The notes under the pieces: model-generated
Database searches by the model: none
Seen by the model: the letters and a program-made list of their open reading frames with translations, nothing else
Told to the model about the DNA's origin: nothing
NCBI GenBank assembly: GCA_964372095.1
Contig: CAYJPV010000003.1
Span: forward strand, 56,963 to 120,962
Direction of reading: 5' to 3'
Length of the DNA stretch: 64,000 bases
Source: an uncultured Vicinamibacterales bacterium
GTDB lineage: Bacteria > Acidobacteriota > Vicinamibacteria > Vicinamibacterales > JAKQTR01
Shown here: positions 19,101 to 26,579 of the stretch, piece after piece
Layout of the letters: each line of letters opens with the position of its first letter
Numbering within the stretch: position 1 is the first letter of the stretch
Translations under genes and position numbers: made by a program

Positions 19101-19440
19101 GCGACCACTCGACGTTGTACCCCTCGTCGGTCATGTCGATGCACGGCCGCGGGATGACGAGGCGGTCGTTCACCTGAACCGTCTTGAGCTCGATGAACCG
19201 CCCGCCGCACAGGAACGCCGAGACGATGTTCTGGCTGAGCTGGGTGTGCGGGCCGGCGGATGGTCCGACGGGCGTGTCGAGACGTCTTCCGAACACGTCG
19301 CCGAGGGCGTACGGCGCGTCTGGTCGGGGCGTGTGGAACAGGGAGGCGTGGATGTCGAAGATGGACCGCTTGAGTGTGTACTCCGCCAGGATGCGCCGCA
19401 ACTGGGTGGCAAACGGCTGGATCCGCATCACGTCGGACAT
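16147..19440 (-). CDS. ygfK: YgfK-like multidomain oxidoreductase (DHOD/DPD-like TIM barrel + GltD-like FAD/NADPH domain + 4Fe-4S clusters; putative selenate reductase subunit family)
   Basis: 1097 aa. The N-terminus (MRIQPFATQLRRILAEYTLKRSIFDI...PVGPSAGPHTQLSQNIVSAFLCGGRFIELKTVQ) closely resembles my recollection of E. coli YgfK. Dinucleotide folds VAIVGSGPSGLAAA and VVIGGGDTAMDAAR. Cys clusters CVQCTTICDKCVEVCP and CNECDNCQTFC. Confidence 0.85.
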   Translation of the reverse strand: MSDVMRIQPFATQLRRILAEYTLKRSIFDIHASLFHTPRPDAPYALGDVFGRRLDTPVGPSAGPHTQLSQNIVSAFLCGGRFIELKTVQVNDRLVIPRPCIDMTDEGYNVEWSQELTLEESVHEYVVAWALLHLLPRILGWEAGRAGSPDGPGVIFDMSVGYDLAGITHPRMTRFMDILADASEHLAPIRDTIGREFPQFADVAIPAAIVNSVTLSTMHGCPPEEIERIARFLMTERRLHTIVKLNPTLLGKDRVLDILHESLGFREIEIPDQVFEHDLRYENAVELMTRLKGVAGGAGLQFGVKLSNTLAMSNHAGRLPGDEMYMSGRALYPVTMSLYDRLLHEPDGDLRVSFSAGVDAMNAATVLQCGAMPVTGCTDLLKPGGYGRMTQWLENVDAAMRRHGAADLAAFSADRLATVRRAAAEALTDPRYKKHAFPHGLPKVKSGLGLWDCVVAPCVEACAVEQDVPDYAWLIAQGDYDRALKVILARNPLPAVTAYVCNALCQTRCTRNDYEETVAIRALKRIAEERGRASDVANRTPANARRVAIVGSGPSGLAAAAFLALNGVHATIFEARDRPGGMMRTIPPFRLPDEIIQRDVDRIRELGVEMVLNTRITDPPERLLAAGFEAVYLAAGFQRDTPLRAPGVDGPGVMPALQLLDGSRRGEPIDLGRSAVVIGGGDTAMDAARTAQRITGRPVTILYRRTRHEMPAADEELAGALDEGNVLEELVAPLEIVRAGGVVTGIRCARTTLGEPGADGRRSPVEIPGSAFVIPCDAVIVAIGQLPDLAFLEGSGVLMHRSGGVQVDAATRCAGPAGVYAGGDMVVEPSSIISACADGRKAAEAICRQFGIVFAEPPRPAAVLSDEELDDVRSWRARRVDQVKPQMLPLVDRRGFGLIESTFTEDEARREALRCVQCTTICDKCVEVCPNRANYTFTMQPVTWQVPVISADRSGPRVAGTEVFRIGQVRQILHIDDFCNECDNCQTFCVHHGAPYVDKPRLFLDPGLFAAETHNAFFIEGRSMTRRERDGECRLTVEGERITFDDGTIRVCARRDWTVTDMVVTAPFEGTRSLRAAAEMLVLYDGITRTLPFLLLR

Positions 19441-19469
19441 GCCTGAGGGTACGCCAGATCAGCCGTCAG

Positions 19470-21062
19470 CTACCAGCGGAGGGAGGACAGCAGGACGGCG
19501 TACGTCTCGATCCCACACCAGAAGTGGCCGATGCGCAGGTTCTCGTTGTGCGAATGCTGGCTGTTGTCGTAGTTGACGATGGGGACGCCGATCACAGGGA
19601 GGCCGAGCCGATCGAAGATGTGCATGGGCACGCTGCCGCCCAGCGTCGGTGCCTTCACCACGGTCCCGCCGAACGCGTCGTCGAGCGCCGCCGCCACGGC
19701 CTTCGACACGGGCAGGTCCATCGACGTGCGGGTCGCGGGATAGCCGCCGCCGTAGTCGAGCCGCGCCACGCGCGGGTGCTTCCGGCGTTCCTCCGCCGTC
19801 GGCGCACGATCCCGCACCACGAAGTAACCCTGCTTCTCCACGTGGGCCACCACCCGCTCGAACTGGCGATCGGGGTCGATGTCCTTCACGAGGCGAATGT
19901 CGAAGGACGCTTCGGCGCGGTCGGGCACGACGTTCTGCGACTCAACGCCAACGTAGGCGCTCCGGAGCCCCCGGACGTTGAGCGACGGCTCATTGATGAG
20001 ATCGACCAGCCTCTTCGTGCCTCCTTCGGCCTCGCCGAACTGCAGTTCACGCGCCAGCTCCGCGTCGGTGAACGGCAGGGCCTCCAGCGCCGCCCGCTCG
20101 CGCGCGGTCAGCGCGACGGCGTCGTCGTAGAACCCCTCGATCAGGACACGCCCCGACGCGTCCTTCATGGTCGCGAGCAGTTGCGCGAGGCGCATGGCGG
20201 GATTGGGCGCCCAGTTCCCGTAATGCCCGCTGTGCAGCGCACGCACGGGCCCGTACACGGTGAGGCCGAAGTCGAACACGCCGCGGTTGCCGTAGAACAC
20301 CAGCGGCCGGCCGGTCTGGTGAACGGGCCCGTCACCCGTGATGAGCACGTCGCCACGGACGGCGTCGCGGTGGGCATTCAGCACCGGACCCAGGGCCGGG
20401 GAGCCGTTCTCCTCCTCGCTGTCGAGAACGACCTTGAGGTGCACCTGGCGCGGAATTCGCGCAGCCGCGAGGGCATCGACGGCTGCCAGCAGCGCCACGA
20501 TCGGCGACTTGTCGTCGGAGGCCGAGCGCGCGTAGATCCGCCAGTCGTCCTGATACGGCGTCCCGGCGGGCGGGAACGGCCTGAGCACGCCGCCCGCCTC
20601 GATGGTGTTCGTCCGCAGGCCAGGCTCGAACGGCCCGGTGCCGGTCCAGGCGCGTTCGTCCACGGGCTGGCCGTCGTAGTGCGCGTAGAACACGATCGTC
20701 CGCGCCGCGCCGGCCGCCGGCAGTTCGGCGACGATGATCGGGCCCCGGTTCGCCACATCGAAGAACTGCACGCGCATCCCGCGCTGTTCGAGCATCTTCC
20801 GGAGCAGGTCCGCGTTCTTCTTGATACTCGGCTCGTCCGACGCGATGTTGGGTATCGCGAGGAAGTCGACGAGCTCCCGCACGATCGCAGGCTCGTTGGC
20901 CTGCCGCCAGGCGCGGACCTCCGAGGCGACGGCCGCTGCCGTTCGTTCCTGGGCGGCGGGTTCGCCGATCGGGTCGCAGAGGGCCGCCGTCACAGGCGAC
21001 GGGCTGGTCGTGGCCACGAACGTCAGAGTCAGGGCAAATACGAAAGCTGGGGACCGGCGCAT
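19470..21062 (-). CDS. M20/M25/M40 family metallopeptidase (dipeptidase-like), secreted
   Basis: Signal peptide from ATG 21062 (MRRSPAFVFALTLTFVA). M20 motifs YAHYDGQPVD, ARSASDDKSPI and SEEENGSP. Confidence 0.85.
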   Translation of the reverse strand: MRRSPAFVFALTLTFVATTSPSPVTAALCDPIGEPAAQERTAAAVASEVRAWRQANEPAIVRELVDFLAIPNIASDEPSIKKNADLLRKMLEQRGMRVQFFDVANRGPIIVAELPAAGAARTIVFYAHYDGQPVDERAWTGTGPFEPGLRTNTIEAGGVLRPFPPAGTPYQDDWRIYARSASDDKSPIVALLAAVDALAAARIPRQVHLKVVLDSEEENGSPALGPVLNAHRDAVRGDVLITGDGPVHQTGRPLVFYGNRGVFDFGLTVYGPVRALHSGHYGNWAPNPAMRLAQLLATMKDASGRVLIEGFYDDAVALTARERAALEALPFTDAELARELQFGEAEGGTKRLVDLINEPSLNVRGLRSAYVGVESQNVVPDRAEASFDIRLVKDIDPDRQFERVVAHVEKQGYFVVRDRAPTAEERRKHPRVARLDYGGGYPATRTSMDLPVSKAVAAALDDAFGGTVVKAPTLGGSVPMHIFDRLGLPVIGVPIVNYDNSQHSHNENLRIGHFWCGIETYAVLLSSLRW

Positions 21063-21169
21063 GCAGACACCTCGATGAGCAGGAACGTCCCAGTATAGAC
21101 GCAACCCGCGGCCCGGCCGTCGGCGCCGTGATCGTTCGAGGGTCTCTCGGCCCTCTTCATCTTTCTTGT

Positions 21170-21185
21170 TGCTAAGGAATTAGCA
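21170..21185. promoter_or_regulatory. inverted-repeat operator candidate 1 (TGCTA-N6-TAGCA) upstream of the blaI-like gene
   Basis: TGCTAAGGAATTAGCA, with perfect 5+5 (6+6 extended) dyad symmetry, in an AT-richer stretch 68 nt upstream of GTG 21253. Confidence 0.5.
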
Positions 21186-21188
21186 TAG

Positions 21189-21204
21189 TGCTACCTTCTT
21201 AGCA
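21189..21204. promoter_or_regulatory. inverted-repeat operator candidate 2 (TGCTA-N6-TAGCA)
   Basis: TGCTACCTTCTTAGCA with the same half-sites and spacing as site 1. Centres are 19 bp apart. Confidence 0.5.
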
Positions 21205-21252
21205 TGCCGCCGGGACAACGCCGCGTCCCGGCATCCTGCGGGAGTTCGCACC

Positions 21253-21654
21253 GTGACTGCTTTCCTCGGTCAACCTCGTCTCTCCCGCCGCGAGCGGGAA
21301 ATCATGGACGTCCTGTACCTGCGCGGCGAAGCCACCGCAGCCCAGGTCCTCGAAGCCATACCCGACCCGCCAAGTTATTCGGCCGTCCGGGCGCTGCTGC
21401 GCATCCTCGAAGAAAAGGGCCACGTCCGCCACATCCAGGACGGGCCGCGGTACATCTACCTGGCCACGACGCCGCGCGACAGCGCGGCGCAGTCCGCGTT
21501 GCGCCACCTGGTCCGGACGTTCTACGAAGGGTCTCCGGGACAGGCGATCTCGGCGCTGCTCGATGACTCCTCCACTCGCCTGTCCGATGCCGACCTCGAC
21601 CACCTCTCGTCGTTGATCAAGCACGCCCGTCGCGCTGGAAAGGACGCCCGATGA
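21253..21654 (+). CDS. BlaI/MecI/CopY family transcriptional repressor
   Basis: Winged-helix N-terminus LSRREREIMDVLYLRGEATAAQVLEAIPDPPSYSAVRALLRILEEKGHV. 133 aa. ATGA overlap with the downstream M56 gene. Confidence 0.9.
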   Translation: MTAFLGQPRLSRREREIMDVLYLRGEATAAQVLEAIPDPPSYSAVRALLRILEEKGHVRHIQDGPRYIYLATTPRDSAAQSALRHLVRTFYEGSPGQAISALLDDSSTRLSDADLDHLSSLIKHARRAGKDAR

Positions 21655-23792
21655 CCCCCTGGCTGATCGACCTCGCGCGCTGGACGACAACCGGCCAGGG
21701 CTGGATGCCCGTCCTCACGGCCGCCGTCCTGAAGGCCACCGCCCTGCTCGTCGTCGCCTGGCTCACCAGCCTGCTGCTCAGGCGTCATTCGGCTGCCATG
21801 CGCCACCTGGTGTGGACCGTCGCCCTCGTGGGCAGTCTGGCGCTGCCTCTCTTGCTGCCCGTCGTGCCCCGGTGGTCGGTCCCCGTGCTGCCGCGGGACA
21901 CCGCCGCCGCCCCCGCAGAGCCATCTTCACCGGCCAGCCAGCCCGCGGCGGCCACACAGCCACCCGCCGGGTCCCTCGATCGCGCCGCACCGCCGCTCGT
22001 GGCTTCGCCGCCGGCGACGTCGTCTTCCATGCCGTCTCTGACCACGTGGCTGATCCTGATCTGGGGTGGCATCGCCACAGCGCTGCTGCTCCGCCTCTTC
22101 CTGAGCATGGTGCGGCTGCGCCGCCTGGCCAGCCGACCTGCGACCGACGCGGCGTGGCTGCCGCTGGCCGAGGACCTCGCGGCGCGTATCGGGGCCGCCG
22201 AACGCGTCACCTTCGTCGAGGGGCCGTCCGACACGATGCCCATGACCTGGGGTTTCTGGCGGCCGGTCGTGCTCGTGCCGGCGGGCGCCGGCGCCTGGCC
22301 CGAACCGCGACTGCGCACCGTACTCCTTCACGAACTGGCACACGTCTCCCGCTACGACTGCCTGACGCAGACGGTGGCGGGTCTCGTCTGTGCCCTCTAC
22401 TGGTTCAATCCCCTGGCCTGGATGGCCGCAAGCCGGCTGGTCGCCGAACGCGAACGCGCGTGTGACGATGCGGTGCTGGCAGCGGGTGCGGACGGGCCGG
22501 ACTATGCCGAACAACTGCTCGACGTGGCGCGGGCGATGCGGCCTCACGGCGTCTTGACGTGGGCCACCGTCTCGATGGCGCGCCGCTCACAACTGGAGGG
22601 TCGCTTGTTAGCCATCCTGGATCCCGATATCCCCCGCCGCCTGTCGGCGAAAGCCGCGGCTGCCGTCTTTGCCGCATTCCTCATCATCCTGGTGCCGTCG
22701 CTGGCCGCCCTCGAACCCGGCCCCCGGGCGGCGGACGTCCTGGACGCGGCCGTTACCGCGGCTCAGACCGGCAACGAATCAACGCCTCTCGCGACAACGG
22801 CTGGCGTCGGCGGGCAGGCCGCCGCCCAGTCGGTGACGCCGCGGCCGGCCCCGCAGCCGATGCCGAAGCCCATGCCATCGCCCACGCCGACACCCGGCTC
22901 GCGCAGAGATCGTGATGACGAACCTGCGGCGCCAGTGGACCAGAAGGTGATCGACGCCCTGACCGGAGCCCTGCAGGACACGGACGCCGAGGTGCGCGAG
23001 CACGCCGTCATGGCCCTGGGCCGCCTCCGAGACCGGCGCGCCACCGCCCCGCTCATCGCGGCTCTGGCCGACACGTCGGCGGACCTGCGCGAGAGCGCCG
23101 CCATGGCCCTCGGGCAACTCCGCGACCCGGCATCCGTGGAGCCGCTCATCGCCCTGCTCGGAGACAAGACACCGGGCGTGCGCGAACAGGTCGCCTTTGC
23201 GCTCGGTCAGGTTCGTGATCTGCGCGCCGTCGATCCGCTGATCGCCGCCATCGCCGACGCGAACGCCGACGTCCGCGAGCAGGCGGTGTTCGCGCTGGCA
23301 CAACTGCGCGACAAGCGCGCCACGCCAAAGCTCGTGGGCGCCTTGTCGGACAGCAGCGCGGACGTGCGCGAGCAGGCGGCGTTCGCCTTGAGCCAATTGC
23401 GCGATCCCGCCGCCGCGCCGGCGCTCGCCGGGCTACTCACGGACAAGGACGCGCAGGTGCGCGAGCGCGCGGCCTTCGCGCTCGGCCAGTTGCGCAGCAC
23501 GGCTGCCGTGGACGGGTTGAACGCCGCCTTGAAGGATCCGTCGCCGGACGTGCAGGAGCAGGCGGCGTTCGCCTTGAGCCAGATTCGGGACCGGCGGGCC
23601 GTCGATCCGCTGATCGCGTTGCTGGGCAGCAGCGCCACGCCCGACGCCCGGGAGCATGCCGCGTTCGCCCTGGGCCAGATTCGTGACGCACGCGCCACGG
23701 ATGCGCTGATGGCCGCGATGAAGGATGCCCACGCGGACGTGCGTAAGGCTGCGGCCTTCGCCCTGTCGCAGGTGATCGGCCGCGACGAATAG
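21651..23792 (+). CDS. BlaR1-like M56 family zinc metallopeptidase fused to a C-terminal HEAT (PBS-lyase type) repeat domain
   Basis: Multiple TM helices. HExxH at LLHELAHVSRYD. A late TM (AAAAVFAAFLIILVPSLAAL), a Pro-rich linker, then about nine 31-aa repeats of the form D..VRE.AAFALGQLRD.RAV.PLI.AL. Confidence 0.9.
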   Translation: MTPWLIDLARWTTTGQGWMPVLTAAVLKATALLVVAWLTSLLLRRHSAAMRHLVWTVALVGSLALPLLLPVVPRWSVPVLPRDTAAAPAEPSSPASQPAAATQPPAGSLDRAAPPLVASPPATSSSMPSLTTWLILIWGGIATALLLRLFLSMVRLRRLASRPATDAAWLPLAEDLAARIGAAERVTFVEGPSDTMPMTWGFWRPVVLVPAGAGAWPEPRLRTVLLHELAHVSRYDCLTQTVAGLVCALYWFNPLAWMAASRLVAERERACDDAVLAAGADGPDYAEQLLDVARAMRPHGVLTWATVSMARRSQLEGRLLAILDPDIPRRLSAKAAAAVFAAFLIILVPSLAALEPGPRAADVLDAAVTAAQTGNESTPLATTAGVGGQAAAQSVTPRPAPQPMPKPMPSPTPTPGSRRDRDDEPAAPVDQKVIDALTGALQDTDAEVREHAVMALGRLRDRRATAPLIAALADTSADLRESAAMALGQLRDPASVEPLIALLGDKTPGVREQVAFALGQVRDLRAVDPLIAAIADANADVREQAVFALAQLRDKRATPKLVGALSDSSADVREQAAFALSQLRDPAAAPALAGLLTDKDAQVRERAAFALGQLRSTAAVDGLNAALKDPSPDVQEQAAFALSQIRDRRAVDPLIALLGSSATPDAREHAAFALGQIRDARATDALMAAMKDAHADVRKAAAFALSQVIGRDE

Positions 23793-23820
23793 CGCGCAAG
23801 CGGCCCGCGGTGCAGGAGGG

Positions 23821-23855
23821 CGGGCAGGGTCCGCGCGGGCCCTGCCCGTTTTCGT
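23821..23855 (+). terminator. intrinsic terminator after the M56-HEAT gene
   Basis: CGGGCAGGGTCC-gcgc-GGGCCCTGCCCG: a 12-bp stem (one G-U pair) followed by TTTTCGT. Confidence 0.65.
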
Positions 23856-23864
23856 CGGCACGTA

Positions 23865-23880
23865 TGCTGGTTTTTTAGCA
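23865..23880. promoter_or_regulatory. third operator-like dyad (TGCTG-N6-TAGCA) upstream of the DUF5916 gene
   Basis: TGCTGGTTTTTTAGCA, 9 of 10 half-site positions matching the two sites at 21170-21204. Lies 44 nt upstream of ATG 23924. Confidence 0.4.
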
Positions 23881-23923
23881 CGTTTCACCGCCGCTCCCAT
23901 CTCACTCCCCGGAGAGTCTCGCC

Positions 23924-26500
23924 ATGTTGCGTGTCCTCGTGACGTTCATCTGCACGACGCTGCTCGCGGTGACAGCCGCCGGGGCGCCGCCGGCGAGGCC
24001 GCCAGTGCTGCCGCTTCGCACCGAAGATGCGCGGACCATCGACGCCGCTCCCGTGGCCGATGCCACCGCCCTCGCCCTCGACGGCGCGCTGAACGACGCG
24101 GCGTGGGCGCAAGCCACGCCGGTGTCGGAGTTTCTGCAGCGGGATCCCAAGGAGGGCGCCGCACCGTCGCAGCGTACCGAGGTCCGGGTGCTGTACGACA
24201 GGACGTTCCTGCACGTCGCCGTGCGCGCCTTCGACACGGAACCCGATCGGATCGTCGGCATTCGCACGCGCCGCGATCTGACGTCGCCGTCCGACTGGGT
24301 GCGCGTCGTGATCGACTCGTACCACGACCGCCGCACGGCGTACGAATTCGCCGTCAACCCGGCCGGCGTCAAGCAGGACGCGTACTGGTTCGCGGACGGC
24401 AACAACGACACCGGCTGGGACGCCGTCTGGGATGTGTCGGTGTCCCGCAACGCCAACGGCTGGTCGGCCGAGTTCCGGATTCCGTTCTCCCAGTTGCGCT
24501 TCGAGCCCGGCAAGACCGACACGTTCGGGTTTGGCGTGATCCGCGAGATCGGGCGGCTCCGCGAGATGTCGTCGTGGCCGCTCATTGCGAAGAGCCGGTC
24601 GGGCTTCGTCTCGCAGCTCGGCGACCTGCGCGGACTGAGACTCATCGGAGCTCCCAAACGCCTGGAGCTGATGCCGTACATGGTGGGCCAGACCCAGACG
24701 ATGCCCGTCGAAGAGGGCGATCCGTTCCGGTCGTCGCCCAATCCCGGCGGATCACTCGGCGCCGACATCAAGTTCGCGCTGACGCCGGGGTTGACCATGA
24801 CCGCCACGATTAATCCGGATTTCGGCCAGGTCGAGGCCGACCCCGCCGTGGTGAACCTCACAGCCTTCGAAACGTTCTACCAGGAACGCCGCCCGTTCTT
24901 CGTCGAGGGATCCGGGAACTTCGCGTTCGACCTCGACTGCAGCGACGGGCGGTGTACGGGCCTCTTCTACTCCCGTCGGATTGGCAGGCAGCCGCACGGC
25001 TCGGCCGATGTGCCCGATGGCGGCTTCGCGTCGGCGCCGTCCCAGACCACCATTCTGGGCGCCGCGAAGATCACCGGCCGGGCCGGTGCCTTCTCGATTG
25101 GCGGGCTCACCGCCGTCACGGCGCCCGAGGACGCCGGCATCGCGATCGGCACCGCGCGTTCCGAACAGACCGTCGAGCCCTTCACGGCGTATACCGTGCT
25201 GCAGGCCAAGCGTGAGTTCAAGAACCAGTCGTCGCTGGGGTTCATGTTCACCAACACGGCGCGCCGCCTTGATGATGACGTGCGGTTTCTGCCGGGGAGC
25301 GCGACCACCGGCGGCGTCAGCACGGACTGGCGCCTGAAGGACCCGCGCTACGCCGTGCGGGCATACTGGGCGGGCAGCACGGTTCGCGGCGGCCGAGCGG
25401 CCATCGACGCACTCCAGCTCAGTGCCGTGCACTACTTCCAGCGGCCCGACGCTACCCACCTCAGCTACGACCCGGCGCGGACATCGATGAACGGGCACGC
25501 GGGCATGCTGAGCCTGCAGAAGATCGGGGGCCGCCGCGTCCGCTTCAGCGTCTCCGGTGACTACAAGACGCCGGGGTTCGACGTGAACGACGTCGGCTAC
25601 CAGCGACGTGCTGACCAGGTCATGGAATCCGCTTGGGTGCAGATTCGGTGGGATACGCCGACGAAGCTCTACAGGCAAGTCCGGGCGAACGTCAATCAGT
25701 GGGCCGGCTGGAACATGGCCAGCGATCGGCGGTTCCTGGGCACCAATGTCAACGCCCACGTCGTGTTCACCTCGAACTGGAGCGCGGGCGGCGGGGTGAC
25801 TCTCGAAGCCACCGGCCACGACGATCGCGCCACGCGCGGCGGCCCGGTCTTGACATCCAAACCCGGCGCCAACGTCTGGTACTACATCGAGTCGGACAGC
25901 CGTCAGGCGCTCAGCGGAGGCTGGTCCGGCTTTCTGTGGCGCGACAAGGAAGGCTCGTCCATCACCGGGATTCAGCCCGAACTTACGTGGCGTCCCACGT
26001 CGTTCCTGAGCCTGACAGGCGGGCTGCGGTTCGAGAAGACGGACGAAGACTCGCAGTGGGTCGAGAACGTCGCAGAGCCGTCAACCACGCATTATGTGTT
26101 CGGCCGCCTCAGGCAGACGACAGCCGCCGTGACCGCCCGGGTCAACTACACCATTTCGCCGAACATCTCGCTGCAGCTCTACGGCGAGCCGTTCGTATCG
26201 GCGGGTGCGTACTCAAGCTTCCGCGAGCTGTCACGGCCTGGCGCCACGCCGTACGCCGCGCAATTCAGCCCCTTCGCGTACGCCGGCCATCCCGACTTCA
26301 ACTACAAGTCGTTCAGAACGACCAACGTCCTGCGGTGGGAGTACAAGCCCGGCTCGGTCATCTACGTGGTCTGGCAGCAGGGCCGCGAAGACGTGGCGAG
26401 CCACGGCCGCTTCGACGGCCGGCGCGACTTCTCGCGCGTGTTCGGGCTGCCGGCCTCGAACGTGTTCCTGATCAAGGCGTCGTACTGGATCAACTTCTAG
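23924..26500 (+). CDS. CBM9-like + DUF5916 domain outer-membrane/secreted protein
   Basis: Signal peptide. N-terminal DGALNDAAWAQA...EFLQRDPKEG...YDRTFLHVAVRAFD (carbohydrate-binding family 9-like). Long beta-rich C-terminal part ending in F (SYWINF*), typical of DUF5916 proteins. Confidence 0.8.
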   Translation: MLRVLVTFICTTLLAVTAAGAPPARPPVLPLRTEDARTIDAAPVADATALALDGALNDAAWAQATPVSEFLQRDPKEGAAPSQRTEVRVLYDRTFLHVAVRAFDTEPDRIVGIRTRRDLTSPSDWVRVVIDSYHDRRTAYEFAVNPAGVKQDAYWFADGNNDTGWDAVWDVSVSRNANGWSAEFRIPFSQLRFEPGKTDTFGFGVIREIGRLREMSSWPLIAKSRSGFVSQLGDLRGLRLIGAPKRLELMPYMVGQTQTMPVEEGDPFRSSPNPGGSLGADIKFALTPGLTMTATINPDFGQVEADPAVVNLTAFETFYQERRPFFVEGSGNFAFDLDCSDGRCTGLFYSRRIGRQPHGSADVPDGGFASAPSQTTILGAAKITGRAGAFSIGGLTAVTAPEDAGIAIGTARSEQTVEPFTAYTVLQAKREFKNQSSLGFMFTNTARRLDDDVRFLPGSATTGGVSTDWRLKDPRYAVRAYWAGSTVRGGRAAIDALQLSAVHYFQRPDATHLSYDPARTSMNGHAGMLSLQKIGGRRVRFSVSGDYKTPGFDVNDVGYQRRADQVMESAWVQIRWDTPTKLYRQVRANVNQWAGWNMASDRRFLGTNVNAHVVFTSNWSAGGGVTLEATGHDDRATRGGPVLTSKPGANVWYYIESDSRQALSGGWSGFLWRDKEGSSITGIQPELTWRPTSFLSLTGGLRFEKTDEDSQWVENVAEPSTTHYVFGRLRQTTAAVTARVNYTISPNISLQLYGEPFVSAGAYSSFRELSRPGATPYAAQFSPFAYAGHPDFNYKSFRTTNVLRWEYKPGSVIYVVWQQGREDVASHGRFDGRRDFSRVFGLPASNVFLIKASYWINF

Positions 26501-26577
26501 GGGCATGGGCCATGGGACATGGGGCATGGGACATGGGGCAAGGGGCAGGGGGCAAGGGGCAAGGGGCAAGGAGACAC
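26501..26577 (+). repeat. heptanucleotide tandem array, 11 units (GGGCATG/GGGCAAG type)
   Basis: gggcatg ggccatg ggacatg gggcatg ggacatg gggcaag gggcagg gggcaag gggcaag gggcaag gagacac. Starts 1 nt after the upstream stop codon and ends at the RBS of the next gene. Confidence 0.95.
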
Positions 26578-26579
26578 AC

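Noticed and set aside
17041-19446. 801-aa plus-strand ORF (with 16886-17902 and 17711-19057) overlapping the YgfK-like gene
   Set aside because: It is antisense or out of frame to a gene with clear domain motifs. The composition is dominated by Arg, Gly, Pro, His and Ala, as expected for stop-free frames in roughly 70% GC DNA. No recognisable motifs.
26505-26579. N-terminal extension MGHGTWGMGHGARGRGQGARGKETH of the HEAT-repeat ORF
   Set aside because: It is encoded entirely by the 7-nt-period array, which is not codon-periodic. A good SD and a signal peptide start at ATG 26580, so I treat the extension as non-coding.
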